From the NCBI GenBank assembly GCA_964016885.1, contig OZ024744.1, positions 15,376,001 to 15,440,000 on the forward strand: 64,000 bases of DNA, read 5' to 3'. The stretch is from Eledone cirrhosa (Eukaryota). The notes beneath the pieces were generated by a model. The model worked only from the letters and a program-made list of their open reading frames with translations. It searched no databases and had not been told where the DNA came from. The translations under genes were made by a program, and so were the position numbers. Below are positions 45,892 through 60,649 of this stretch, one piece after another (position 1 is the first letter of the stretch; each line of letters begins with the position of its first letter).

Positions 45892-48104
45892 ATGTCCAAA
45901 ACTCTCTCACATATACACTCTCTCTCTCTCTCACATACACACTCTCCCACAAAAGTCCACGCATTCCCACAAGTAATGGCAAATGTCCAAAACTCTCTCA
46001 CATATACACTCTCTCTCTCTCACATACACACTCTCCCACAAAAGTCCACCCATTCCAACAAGTAATGGCAAATGTCCAAAACTCTCTCACATATACACTC
46101 TCTCTCTCTCTCTCTCTCTCACACACATACACACTCTCCCACAAAAGTCCACCCATTCCCACAAGTAATGGCAAATGTCCAAAACTCTCTCACATATACA
46201 CTCTCTCTCTCTCACATACACACTCTCCCACAAAAGTCCACCCATTCCCACAATTAATGGCAAATGTCCAAAACTCTCTCACATATACACTCTCTCTCCC
46301 TCTCACATACACACTCTCCCACAAAAGTCCACCCATTCCCACAAGTAATGGCAAATGTCCAAAACTCTCTCACATATACACTCTCTCTCTCTCTCACATA
46401 CACACTCTCCCACAAAAGTCCACCCATTCCCACAAGTAATGGCAAATGTCCAAAACTCTCTCACATACACACTCTCCCACAAAAGTCCACCTATTCCCAC
46501 AAGTAATGGCAAATGTCCAAAACTCTCTCACATATACACTCTCTCTCTCTCACATACACACTCTCCCACAAAAGTCCACCCATTCCCACTAGTAATGGCA
46601 AATGTCCAAAACTCTCTCACATATACACTCTCTCTCTCTCTCACATACACACTCTCCCACAAAAGTCCACCCATTCCCACAAGTAATGGCAAATGTCCAA
46701 AACTCTCTCACATACACACTCTCCCACAAAAGTCCACCCATTCCCACAAGTAGTGGCAAATGTCCAAAACTCTCTCACATCTACACTCTCTCTCTCTCAC
46801 ATACACACTCTCCCACAAAAGTCCACCCATTCTCACAAGTAATGGCAAATGTCCAAAACTCTCTCACATATACACTCTCTCTCTCTCTCACATACACACT
46901 CTCCCACAAAAGTCCACCCATTCCCACAAGTAATGGCAAATGTCCAAAACTCTCTCACATATACACTCTCTCTCTCTCTCACATACACACTCTCCCACAA
47001 AAGTCCACCCATTCCCACAAGTAATGGCAAATGTCCAAAACTCTCTCACATGTACACTCTCTCTCTCTCACATACACACTCTCCCATAAAAGTCCACCCA
47101 TTCCAACAAGTAATGGCAAATGTCCAAAACTCTCTCACATATACACTCTCTCTCTCTCTTTCTCACATACACACTCTCCCACAAAAGTCCACCCATTCCC
47201 ACAAGTAATGGCAAATGTCTAAAACTCTCTCACATATACACTCTCTCTCTCTCACATACACTCTCCCACAAAGGTCCACCCATTCCCACTAGTAATGGCA
47301 AATGTCCAAAATTCTCTCACATATACACTCTCTCTCACATACACACTCTCCCACAAAAGTCCACCCATTCCCACAAGTAATGGCAAATGTCCAAAACTCT
47401 CTCACATATACACTCTCTCTCTCTCACATACACACTCTCCCACAAAAGTCCACCCATTCCCACAAGTAATGGCAAATGTCCAAAACTCTCTCACATATAC
47501 ACTCTCTCTCTCTCTCACATACACACTCTCCCACAAAAGTCCACCCATTCCCACAAGTAATGGCAAATGTCCAAAACTCTCTCACATACACACTCTCCCA
47601 CAAAAGTCCACCCATTCCCACAAGTAGTGGAAAATGTCCCAAACTCTCTCACATATACACTCTCTCACATACACACTCTCCCACAAAAGTCCACCCATTC
47701 CCACAAGTAATGGCAAATGTCCAAAACTCTCTCACATATACACTCTCTCTCTCTCTCACATACACACTCTCCCACAAAAGTCCACCCATTCCCACAAGTA
47801 ATGGCAAATGTCCAAAACTCTCTCACATATACACTCTCTCTCTCTCACATACACACTCTCCCACAAAAGTCCACCCATTCCCACAAGTAATGGCAAATGT
47901 CCAAAACTCTCTCACATATACACTCTCTCTCTCTCTCACATACACACTCTCCCACAAAAGTCCACGCATTCACACAAGTAATGGCAAATGTCCAAAACTC
48001 TCTCACATATACACTCTCTCTCTCTCACATACACACTCTCCCACAAAAGTCCACCCATTCCAACAAGTAATGGCAAATGTCCAAAACTCTCTCACATATA
48101 CACA

Positions 48105-48136
<32 letters not shown>

Positions 48137-49905
48137 TACACACTCTCCCACAAAAGTCCACCCATTCCCACAAGTAATGGCAAATGTCCAAAACTCTCTC
48201 ACATATACACTCTCTCTCTCTCACATACACACTCTCCCACAAAAGTCCACCCATTCCCACAATTAATGGCAAATGTCCAAAACTCTCTCACATATACACT
48301 CTCTCTCCCTCTCACATACACACTCTCCCACAAAAGTCCACCCATTCCCACAAGTAATGGCAAATGTCCAAAACTCTCTCACATATACACTCTCTCTCTC
48401 TCTCACATACACACTCTCCCACAAAAGTCCACCCATTCCCACAAGTAATGGCAAATGTCCAAAACTCTCTCACATACACACTCTCCCACAAAAGTCCACC
48501 TATTCCCACAAGTAATGGCAAATGTCCAAAACTCTCTCACATATACACTCTCTCTCTCTCACATACACACTCTCCCACAAAAGTCCACCCATTCCCACTA
48601 GTAATGGCAAATGTCCAAAACTCTCTCACATATACACTCTCTCTCTCTCTCACATACACACTCTCCCACAAAAGTCCACCCATTCCCACAAGTAATGGCA
48701 AATGTCCAAAACTCTCTCACATACACACTCTCCCACAAAAGTCCACCCATTCCCACAAGTAGTGGCAAATGTCCAAAACTCTCTCACATCTACACTCTCT
48801 CTCTCTCACATACACACTCTCCCACAAAAGTCCACCCATTCTCACAAGTAATGGCAAATGTCCAAAACTCTCTCACATATACACTCTCTCTCTCTCTCAC
48901 ATACACACTCTCCCACAAAAGTCCACCCATTCCCACAAGTAATGGCAAATGTCCAAAACTCTCTCACATATACACTCTCTCTCTCTCTCACATACACACT
49001 CTCCCACAAAAGTCCACCCATTCCCACAAGTAATGGCAAATGTCCAAAACTCTCTCACATATACACTCTCTCTCTCTCACATACACACTCTCCCATAAAA
49101 GTCCACCCATTCCAACAAGTAATGGCAAATGTCCAAAACTCTCTCACATATACACTCTCTCTCTCTCTCTCTCACATACACACTCTCCCACAAAAGTCCA
49201 CCCATTCCCACAAGTAATGGCAAATGTCTAAAACTCTCTCACATATACACTCTCTCTCTCTCACATACACTCTCCCACAAAGGTCCACCCATTCCCACTA
49301 GTAATGGCAAATGTCCAAAATTCTCTCACATATACACTCTCTCTCACATACACACTCTCCCACAAAAGTCCACCCATTCCCACAAGTAATGGCAAATGTC
49401 CAAAACTCTCTCACATATACACTCTCTCTCTCTCACATACACACTCTCCCACAAAAGTCCACCCATTCCCACAAGTAATGGCAAATGTCCAAAACTCTCT
49501 CACATATACACTCTCTCTCTCTCTCACATACACACTCTCCCACAAAAGTCCACCCATTCCCACAAGTAATGGCAAATGTCCAAAACTCTCTCACATACAC
49601 ACTCTCCCACAAAAGTCCACCCATTCCCACAAGTAGTGGCAAATGTCCAAAACTCTCTCACATATACACTCTCTCACATACACACTCTCCCACAAAAGTC
49701 CACCCATTCCCACAAGTAATGGCAAATGTCCAAAACTCTCTCACATATACACTCTCTCTCTCTCTCACATACACACTCTCCCACAAAAGTCCACCCATTC
49801 CCACAAGTAATGGCAAATGTCCAAAACTCTCTCACATATACACTCTCTCTCTCTCACATACACACTCTCCCACAAAAGTCCACCCATTCCCACAAGTAAT
49901 GGCAA
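45892..49905. repeat. Tandem higher-order duplication, unit ~2005-2009 bp
   Basis: The ORF track repeats at +2009 (46264/48273, 46849/48858, 47476/49485). CCCATAAAA (~47084/~49093) and CACCTATT are shared. Confidence 0.85.
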
Positions 49906-50556
49906 ATGTCCAAAACTCTCTCACATATACACTCTCTCTCTCTCTCTCACATACACACTCTCCCACAAAAGTCCACCCATTCCCACAAGTAATGGCAAGT
50001 GTCCAAAACTCTCTCACATATACACTCTCTCTCTCTCACATACACACTCTCCCACAAAAGTCCACCCATTCCCACAAGTAATGGCAAATATCCAAAACTC
50101 TCACACATATACACTCTCTCTCTCTCACATACACACTCTCCCACAAAAGTCCACCCATTCCCACAAGTAATGACAAATGTCCAAAACTCTCTCACATATA
50201 CACTCTCTCTCTCTCACATACACACTCTCCCACAAAAGTCCACCCATTCCCACAAGTAATGGCAAATGTCCAAAACTCTCTCACATATACACTCTCTCTC
50301 TCTCACATACACACTCTCCCACAAAAGTCCACCCATTCCCACAAGTAATGGCAAATGTCCAATACTCTCTCACATATACACACTCTCTCTCTCACATACA
50401 CACTCTCCCACAAAAGTCCACCCATTCCCACAAGTAATGGCAAATGTCCAAAACTCTCACACATATACACTCTCTCTCTCTCACATACACACTCTCCCAC
50501 AAAAGTCCACCCATTCCAACAAGTAATGGCAAATGTCCAAAACTCTCTCACATATG

Positions 50557-50594
<38 letters not shown>

Positions 50595-52903
50595 TACACA
50601 CTCTCCCACAAAAGTCCACCCATTCCCACAAGTAATGGCAAATATCCAAAACTCTCTCACATATACACTCTCTCTCTCTCACATACACACTCTCCCACAA
50701 GTAATGACAAATGTCCAAAACTCTCTCACATATACACTCTCTCTCTCTCACATACACACTCTCCCACAAAAGTCCACCCATTCCCACAAGTAATGGCAAA
50801 TGTCCAAAACTCTCTCACATATACACTCTCTCTCTCTCACATACACACTCTCCCACAAAAGTCCACCCATTCCCACAAGTAATGGCAAATGTCCAATACT
50901 CTCTCACATATACACACTCTCTCTCTCACATACACACTCTCCCACAAAAGTCCACCCATTCCCACAAGTAATGGCAAATGTCCAAAACTCTCTCACATAT
51001 ACACTCTCTCTCTCTCTCACATACACACTCTCCCACAAAAGTCCACCCATTCCCACAAGTAATGGCAAATGTCCAAAACTCTCTGACATACACACTCTCC
51101 CACAAAAGTCCACCTATTCCCACAAGTAATGGCAAATGTCCAAAACTCTCTCACATATACACTCTCTCTCTCTCACATACACACTCTCCCACAAAAGTCC
51201 ACCCATTCCCACTAGTAATGGCAAATGTCCAAAACTCTCTCACATATACACTCTCTCTCTCTCTCACATACACACTCTCCCACAAAAGTCCACCCATTCC
51301 CACAAGTAATGGCAAATGTCCAAAACTCTCTCACATACACACTCTCCCACAAAAGTCCACCCATTCCCACAAGTAGTGGCAAATGTCCAAAACTCTCTCA
51401 CATCTACACTCTCTCTCTCTCACATACACACTCTCCCACAAAAGTCCACCCATTCTCACAAGTAATGGCAAATGTCCAAAACTCTCTCACATATACACTC
51501 TCTCTCTCTCTCACATACACACTCTCCCACAAAAGTCCACCCATTCCCACAAGTAATGGCAAATGTCCAAAACTCTCTCACATATACACTCTCTCTCTCT
51601 CTCTCACATACACACTCTCCCACAAAAGTCCACCCATTCCCACAAGTAATGGCAAATGTCCAAAATTCTCTCACATATACACTCTCTCTCACATACACAC
51701 TCTCCCACAAAAGTCCACCCATTCCCACAAGTAATGGCAAATGTCCAAAACTCTCTCACATATACACTCTCTCTCTCTCACATACACACTCTCCCACAAA
51801 AGTCCACCCATTCCCACAAGTAATGGCAAATGTCCAAAACTCTCTCACATATACACTCTCTCTCTCTCTCACATACACACTCTCCCACAAAAGTCCACCC
51901 ATTCCCACAAGTAATGGCAAATGTCCAAAACTCTCTCACATACACACTCTCCCACAAAAGTCCACCCATTCCCACAAGTAGTGGCAAATGTCCAAAACTC
52001 TCTCACATATACACTCTCTCACATACACACTCTCCCACAAAAGTCCACCCATTCCCACAAGTAATGGCAAATGTCCAAAACTCTCTCACATATACACTCT
52101 CTCTCTCTCTCACATACACACTCTCCCACAAAAGTCCACCCATTCCCACAAGTAATGGCAAATGTCCAAAACTCTCTCACATATACACTCTCTCTCTCTC
52201 ACATACACACTCTCCCACAAAAGTCCACCCATTCCCACAAGTAATGGCAAATGTCCAAAACTCTCTCACATATACACTCTCTCTCTCTCTCTCACATACA
52301 CACTCTCCCACAAAAGTCCACCCATTCCCACAAGTAATGGCAAGTGTCCAAAACTCTCTCACATATACACTCTCGCTCTCTCACATATACACTCTCCCAC
52401 AAAAGTCCACCCATTCCCACAAGTAATGGCAAATATCCAAAACTCTCTCACATATACACTCTCTCTCTCTCACATACACACTCTCCCACAAAAGTCCACC
52501 CATTCCCACAAGTAATGACAAATGTCCAAAACTCTCTCACATATACACTCTCTCTCTCTCACATACACACTCTCCCACAAAAGTCCACCCATTCCCACAA
52601 GTAATGGCAAATGTCCAAAACTCCCTCACATATACACTCTCTCTCTCTCACATACACACTCCCCCACAAAAGTCCACCCATTCCCACAAGTAATGGCAAA
52701 TGTCCAATACTCTCTCACATATACACACTCTCTCTCTCACATACACACTCTCCCACAAAAGTCCACCCATTCCCACAAGTAATGGCAAATGTCCAAAACT
52801 CTCTCACATATACACTCTCTCTCTCTCACATACACACTCTCCCACAAAAGTCCACCCATTCCAACAAGTAATGGCAAATGTCCAAAACTCTCTCACATAT
52901 GCA

Positions 52904-52948
<45 letters not shown>

Positions 52949-54164
52949 ACACATACACACTCTCCCACAAAAGTCCACCCATTCCCACAAGTAATGGCAA
53001 ATGTCCAATACTCTCTCACATATACACACTCTCTCTCTCACATACACACTCTCCCACAAAAGTCCACCCATTCCCACAAGTAATGGCAAATGTCCAAAAC
53101 TCTCTCACATATACACTCTCTCTCTCTCACATACACACTCTCCCTCAAAAGTCCACCCATTCCCACAATTAATGGCAAATGTCCAAATCTCTCTCACATA
53201 TACACTCTCTCTCCCTCTCACATACACACTCTCCCACAAAAGTCCACCCATTCCCACAAGTAATGGCAAATGTCCAAAACTCTCTCACATATACACTCTC
53301 TCTCTCTCTCACATACACACTCTCCCACAAAAGTCCACCCATTCCCACAAGTAATGGCAAATGTCCAAAACTCTCTCACATATACACTCTCTCTCTCTCA
53401 CATACACACTCTCCCACAAAAGTCCACCCATTCCCACTAGTAATGGCAAATGTCCAAAACTCTCTCACATATACACTCTCTCTCTCTCTCACATAACACT
53501 CTCCCACAAAAGTCCACCCATTCCCACTAGTAATGGCTAATGTCCAAAACTCTCTCACATACACACTCTCCCACAAAAGTCCACCCATTCCCACAAGTAA
53601 TGGCAAGTGTCCAAAACTCTCTCACATATACACTCTCTCTCTCTCACATACACACTCTCCCACAAAAGTCCACCCATTCCCACAAGTAATGGCAAATATC
53701 CAAAACTCTCTCACATATACACTCTCTCTCTCTCACATACACACTCTCCCACAAAAGTCCACCCATTCCCACAAGTAATGACAAATGTCCAAAACTCTCT
53801 CACATATACACTCTCTCTCTCTCACATACACACTCTCCCACAAAAGTCCACCCATTCCCACAAGTAATGGCAAATGTCCAAAACTCCCTCACATATACAC
53901 TCTCTCTCTCTCACATACACACTCTCCCACAAAAGTCCACCCATTCCCACAAGTAATGGCAAATGTCCAATACTCTCTCACATATACACACTCTCTCTCT
54001 CTCACATACACACTCTCCCACAAAAGTCCACCCATTCCCACAAGTAATGGCAAATGTCCAAAACTCTCTCACATATACACTCTCTCTCTCTCACATACAC
54101 ACTCTCCCACAAAAGTCCACCCATTCCAACAAGTAATGGCAAATGTCCAAAACTCTCACATATG

Positions 54165-54210
<46 letters not shown>

Positions 54211-55737
54211 TACACACTCTCCCACAAAAGTCCACCCATTCCCACAAGTAATGGCAAATGTCCAATACTCTCTCACATATACACACTCTCTCTCTCACAT
54301 ACACACTCTCCCACAAAAGTCCACCCATTCCCACAAGTAATGGCAAATGTCCAAAACTCTCTCACATATACACTCTCTCTCTCTCACATACACACTCTCC
54401 CACAAAAGTCCACCCATTCCCACAATTAATGGCAAATGTCCAAAACTCTCTCACATATACACTCTCTCTCCCTCTCACATACACACTCTCCCACAAAAGT
54501 CCACCCATTCCCACAAGTAATGGCAAATGTCCAAAACTCTCTCACATATACACTCTCTCTCTCTCTCACATACACACTCTCCCACAAAAGTCCACCCATT
54601 CCCACAAGTAATGGCAAATGTCCAAAACTCTCTCACATATACACTCTCTCTCTCTCACATACACACTCTCCCACAAAAGTCCACCCATTCCCACTAGTAA
54701 TGGCAAATGTCCAAAACTCTCTCACATATACACTCTCTCTCTCTCTCACATACACACTCTCCCACAAAAGTCCACCCATTCCCACTAGTAATGGCAAATG
54801 TCCAAAACTCTCTCACATACACACTCTCCCACAAAAGTCCACCCATTCCCACAAGTAATGGCAAATATCCAAAACTCTCTCACATATACACTCTCTCTCT
54901 CTCACATACACACTCTCCCACAAAAGTCCACCCATTCCCACAAGTAATGACAAATGTCCAAAACTCTCTCACATATACACTCTCTCTCTCTCACATACAC
55001 ACTCTCCCACAAAAGTCCACCCATTCCCACAAGTAATGGCAAATGTCCAAAACTCTCTCACATACACACTCTCCCACAAAAGTCCACCCATTCCCACAAG
55101 TAGTGGCAAATGTCCAAAACTCTCTCACATATACACTCTCTCACATACACACTCTCCCACAAAAGTCCACCCATTCCCACAAGTAATGGCAAATGTCCAA
55201 AACTCTCTCACATATACACTCTCTCTCTCTCTCACATACACACTCTCCCACAAAAGTCCACCCATTCCCACAAGTAATGGCAAATGTCCAAAACTCTCTC
55301 ACATATACACTCTCTCTCTCTCACATACACACTCTCCCACAAAAGTCCACCCATTCCCAAAAGTAATGGCAAATGTCCAAAACTCTCTCACATATACACT
55401 CTCTCTCTCTCTCTCACATACACACTCTCCCACAAAAGTCCACCCATTCCCACAAGTAATGGCAAGTGTCCAAAACTCTCTCACATATACACTCTCTCTC
55501 TCTCACATACACACTCTCCCACAAAAGTCCACCCATTCCCACAAGTAATGGCAAATATCCAAAACTCTCTCACATATACACTCTCTCTCTCTCACATACA
55601 CACTCTCCCACAAAAGTCCACCCATTCCCACAAGTAATGGCAAATGTCCAAAACTCTCTCACATATACACTCTCTCTCTCTCACATACACACTCTCACAC
55701 AAAAGTCCACCCATTCCAACAAGTAATGGCAAATGTC

Positions 55738-55742
<5 letters not shown>

Positions 55743-55800
<58 letters not shown>
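55743..55800. repeat. Pure (CT)29 that has lost the CACATATACA interruption
   Basis: CCAAAA is followed directly by 58 bp of CT. Confidence 0.9.
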
Positions 55801-55804
<4 letters not shown>

Positions 55805-58800
55805 TACACACTCTCCCACAAAAGTCCACGCATTCCCACAAGTAATGGCAAATGTCCAAAACTCTCTCACATATACACTCTCTCTCTCTCACATACACAC
55901 TCTCACACAAAAGTCCACGCATTCCCACAAGTAATGGCAAATATCCAAAACTCTCACATATACACTCTCTCTCTCACACACATACACACTCTCCCACAAA
56001 AGTCCACCCATTCCCACAAGTAATGGCAAATGTCCAAAACTCTCACACATATACACTCTCTCTCTCTCACATACACACTCTCCCACAAAAGTCCACCCAT
56101 TCCCACTAGTAATGGCAAATGTCCAAAACTCTCTCACATATACACTCTCTCTCACATACACACTCTCCCACAAAAGTCCACCCATTCCCACAATTAATGG
56201 CAAATGTCCAAAACTCTCTCACATATACACTCTCTCTCTCTCTCACATACACACTCTCCCACAAAAGTCCACCCATTCCCACAAGTAATGGCAAATGTCC
56301 AAAACTCTCTCACATATACACTCTCTCTCTCACATACACACTCTCCCACAAAAGTCCACCCATTCCCACAAGTAATGGCAAATGTCCAAAACTCTCTCAC
56401 ATATACACTATCTCTCTCTCACATACACACTCTCCCACAAAAGTCCACCCATTCCCACTAGTAATGGCAAATGTCCAAAACTCTCTCACATATACACTCT
56501 CTCTCACATACACACTCTCCCACAAAAGTCCACCCATTCCCACAAGTAATGGCAAATGTCCAAAACTCTCTCACATATACACTCTCTCTCTCTCACAAAA
56601 GTCCACCGATTCCCACAAGTAATGGCAAATGTCCAAGACTCTCTCACATATACAATCTCTCTCTCTCTCACATACACACTCTCCCACAAAAGTCCACCCA
56701 TTCCCACAAGTAATGGCAAATGTCCAAAACTCTCTCACATACACACTCTCCCACAAAAGTCCACCCATTCCCACAAGTAGTGGCAAATGTCCAAAACTCT
56801 CTCACATCTACACTCTCTCTCTCTCTCACATACACACTCTCCCACAAAAGTCCACCCATTCTCACAAGTAATGGCAAATGTTCAAAACTCTCTCACATAT
56901 ACACTCTCTCTCTCTCTCACATACACACTCTCCCACAAAAGTCCACCCATTCCCACAAGTAATGGCAAATGTCCAAAACTCTCTCACATATAGACTCTCT
57001 CTCTCTCTCACATACACACTCTCCCACAAAAGTCCACCCATTCCCACAAGTAATGGCAAATGTCCAAAACTCTCTCACATATACACTCTCTCTCTCTCAC
57101 ATACACACTCTCCCACAAAAGTCCACCCATTCCAACAAGTAATGGCAAATGTCCAAAACTCTCTCACATATACACTCTCTCTCTCTCTCTCTCTCTCTCA
57201 CATACACATTCTCCCACAAAAGTCCACCCATTCCCACAAGTAATGGCAAATGTCTAAAACTCTCTCACATATACACTCTCTCTCTCTCTCACATACACTC
57301 TCCCACAAAAGTCCACCCATTCCCACTAGTAATGGCAAATGTCCAAAACTCTCTCACATATACACTCTCTCTCACATACACACTCTCCCACAAAAGTCCA
57401 CCCATTCCCACAAGTAATGGCTAATGTCCAAAACTCTCTCACATATACACTCTCTCTCTCTCACATACACACTCTCCCACAAAAGTCCACCCATTCCCAC
57501 AAGTAATGGCAAATGTCCAAAACTCTCTGACATATACACTCTCTCTCTCTCACATACACACTCTCCCACAAAAGTCCACCCATTCCCACAAGTAATGGCA
57601 AATATCCGAAACTCTCTCACATATACACTCTCTCTCTCTCACATACACACTCTCCCACAAAAGTCCACCCATTCCCACAAGTAATGGAAAATATCCAAAA
57701 CTGTCTCACATATACACTCTCTATCACATACACACTCTCCCACAAAAGTCCACCCATTCCCACAAGTAATGGCAAAAGTCCAAAACTCTCTCACATATAC
57801 ACTCTCTCTCTCTCACATACACACTCTCCCACAAAAGTCCACCCATTCCCACAAGTAATGACAAATGTCCAAAACTCTCTCACATATACACTCTCTCTCT
57901 CTCACATACACACTCTCCCACAAAAGTCCACCCATTCCCACAAGTAATGGCAAATGTCCAAAACTCTCTCACATATACACTCTCTCTCTCTCACATACAC
58001 ACTCTCCCACAAAAGTCCACCCATTCCCACAAGTAATGGCAAATGTCCAATACTCTCTCACATATACACTCTCTCTCTCTCACATACACACTCTCCCACA
58101 AAAGTCCACCCATTCCCACAAGTAATGGCAAATGTCCAAAACTCTCTCACATATACACTCTCTCTCTCTCTCACATACACACTCTCCCACAAAAGTCCAC
58201 CCATTCCCACAAATAATGGCAAATGTCCAAAACTCTCTCACATATACACTCTCTCTCCCTCTCACATACACACTCTCCCACAAAAGTCCACCCATTCCCA
58301 CAAGTAATGGCAAATATCCAAAACTCTCACATATACACTCTCTCTCTCTCTCACATACACACTCTCCCACAAAAGTCCACCCATTCCCACAAGTAATGGA
58401 AAATGTCCAAAACTGTCTCACATATACACTCTCTCTCACATACACACTCTCCCACAAAAGTCCACCCATTCCCACAAGTAATGGCAAAAGTCCAAAACTC
58501 TCTCACATATACACTCTCTCTCTCTCTCTCACATACACACTCTCCCACAAAAGTCCACCCATTCTCACAAGTAATGGCAAATGTCCAAAACTCTCTCACA
58601 TACACACTCTCCCACAAAAGTCCACCCATTCCCACAAGTAATGGCAAATGTCCAAAACTCTCTCACATATACACTCTCTCTCTCTCTCTCTCTCTCACAT
58701 ACACACTCTCCCACAAAAGTCCACGCATTCCCACAAGTAATGGCAAATGTCCAAAACTCTCTCACATATACACTCTCTCTCTCTCACATACACACTCTCA

Positions 58801-58862
58801 CACAAAAGTCCACCCATTCCAACAAGTAATGGCAAATGTCCAAAACTCTCTCACATATACAC

Positions 58863-58898
<36 letters not shown>

Positions 58899-60582
58899 AC
58901 ACATACACACTCTCCCACAAAAGTCCACCCATTCCCACAAGTAATGGCAAATGTCCAAAACTCTCACACATATACACTCTCTCTCTCTCACATACACACT
59001 CTCCCACAAAAGTCCACCCATTCCCACTAGTAATGGCAAATGTCCAAAACTCTCTCACATATACACTCTCTCTCACATACACACTCTCCCACAAAAGTCC
59101 ACCCATTCCCACAATTAATGGCAAATGTCCAAAACTCTCTCACATATACACTCTCTCTCTCTCACATACACACTCTCCCACAAAAGTCCACCCATTCCCA
59201 CAAGTAATGGCAAATGTCCAAAACTCCCTCACATATACACTCTCTCTCTCTCTCACATACACACTCTCCCACAAAAGTCCACCCATTCCCACAAGTAATG
59301 GCAAATGTCCAAAACTCTCTCACATACACACTCTCCCACAAAAGTCCACCCATTCCCACAAGTAATGTCAAATGTCCAAAACTCTCTCACATATACACTA
59401 TCTCTCTCTCACATACACACTCTCCCACAAAAGTCCACCCATTCCCACTAGTAATGGCAAATGTCCAAAACTCTCTCACATATACACTCTCTCTCACATA
59501 CACACTCTCCCACAAAAGTCCACCCATTCCCACAAGTAATGGCAAATGTCCAAAACTCTCTCACATATACACTCTCTCTCTCTCACAAAAGTCCACCGAT
59601 TCCCACAAGTAATGGCAAATGTCCAAAACTCTCTCACATATACAATCTCTCTCTCTCTCACATACACACTCTCCCACAAAAGTCCACCCATTCCCACAAG
59701 TAATGGCAAATATCCAAAACTCTCTCACATATACACTCTCTCTCTCTCACATACACACTCTCCCACAAAAGTCCACCCATTCCCACAAGTAATGACAAAT
59801 GTCCAAAACTCTCTCACATATACACTCTCTCTCTCTCACATACACACTCTCCCACAAAAGTCCACCCATTCCCACAAGTAATGGCAAATGTCCAAAACTC
59901 TCTCACATACACACTCTCCCACAAAAGTCCACCCATTCCCACAAGTAGTGGCAAATGTCCAAAACTCTCTCACATATACACTCTCTCACATACACACTCT
60001 CCCACAAAAGTCCACCCATTCCCACAAGTAATGGCAAATGTCCAAAACTCTCTCACATATACACTCTCTCTCTCTCTCACATACACACTCTCCCACAAAA
60101 GTCCACCCATTCCCACAAGTAATGGCAAATGTCCAAAACTCTCTCACATATACACTCTCTCTCTCTCACATACACACTCTCCCACAAAAGTCCACCCATT
60201 CCCAAAAGTAATGGCAAATGTCCAAAACTCTCTCACATATACACTCTCTCTCTCTCTCTCACATACACACTCTCCCACAAAAGTCCACCCATTCCCACAA
60301 GTAATGGCAAGTGTCCAAAACTCTCTCACATATACACTCTCTCTCTCTCACATACACACTCTCCCACAAAAGTCCACCCATTCCCACAAGTAATGGCAAA
60401 TATCCAAAACTCTCTCACATATACACTCTCTCTCTCTCACATACACACTCTCCCACAAAAGTCCACCCATTCCCACAAGTAATGGCAAATGTCCAAAACT
60501 CTCTCACATATACACTCTCTCTCTCTCACATACACACTCTCACACAAAAGTCCACCCATTCCAACAAGTAATGGCAAATGTC

Positions 60583-60587
<5 letters not shown>

Positions 60588-60645
<58 letters not shown>
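60588..60645. repeat. Pure (CT)29, duplicate of 55743-55800
   Basis: Same structure and length at +4845. Confidence 0.9.
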
Positions 60646-60649
<4 letters not shown>

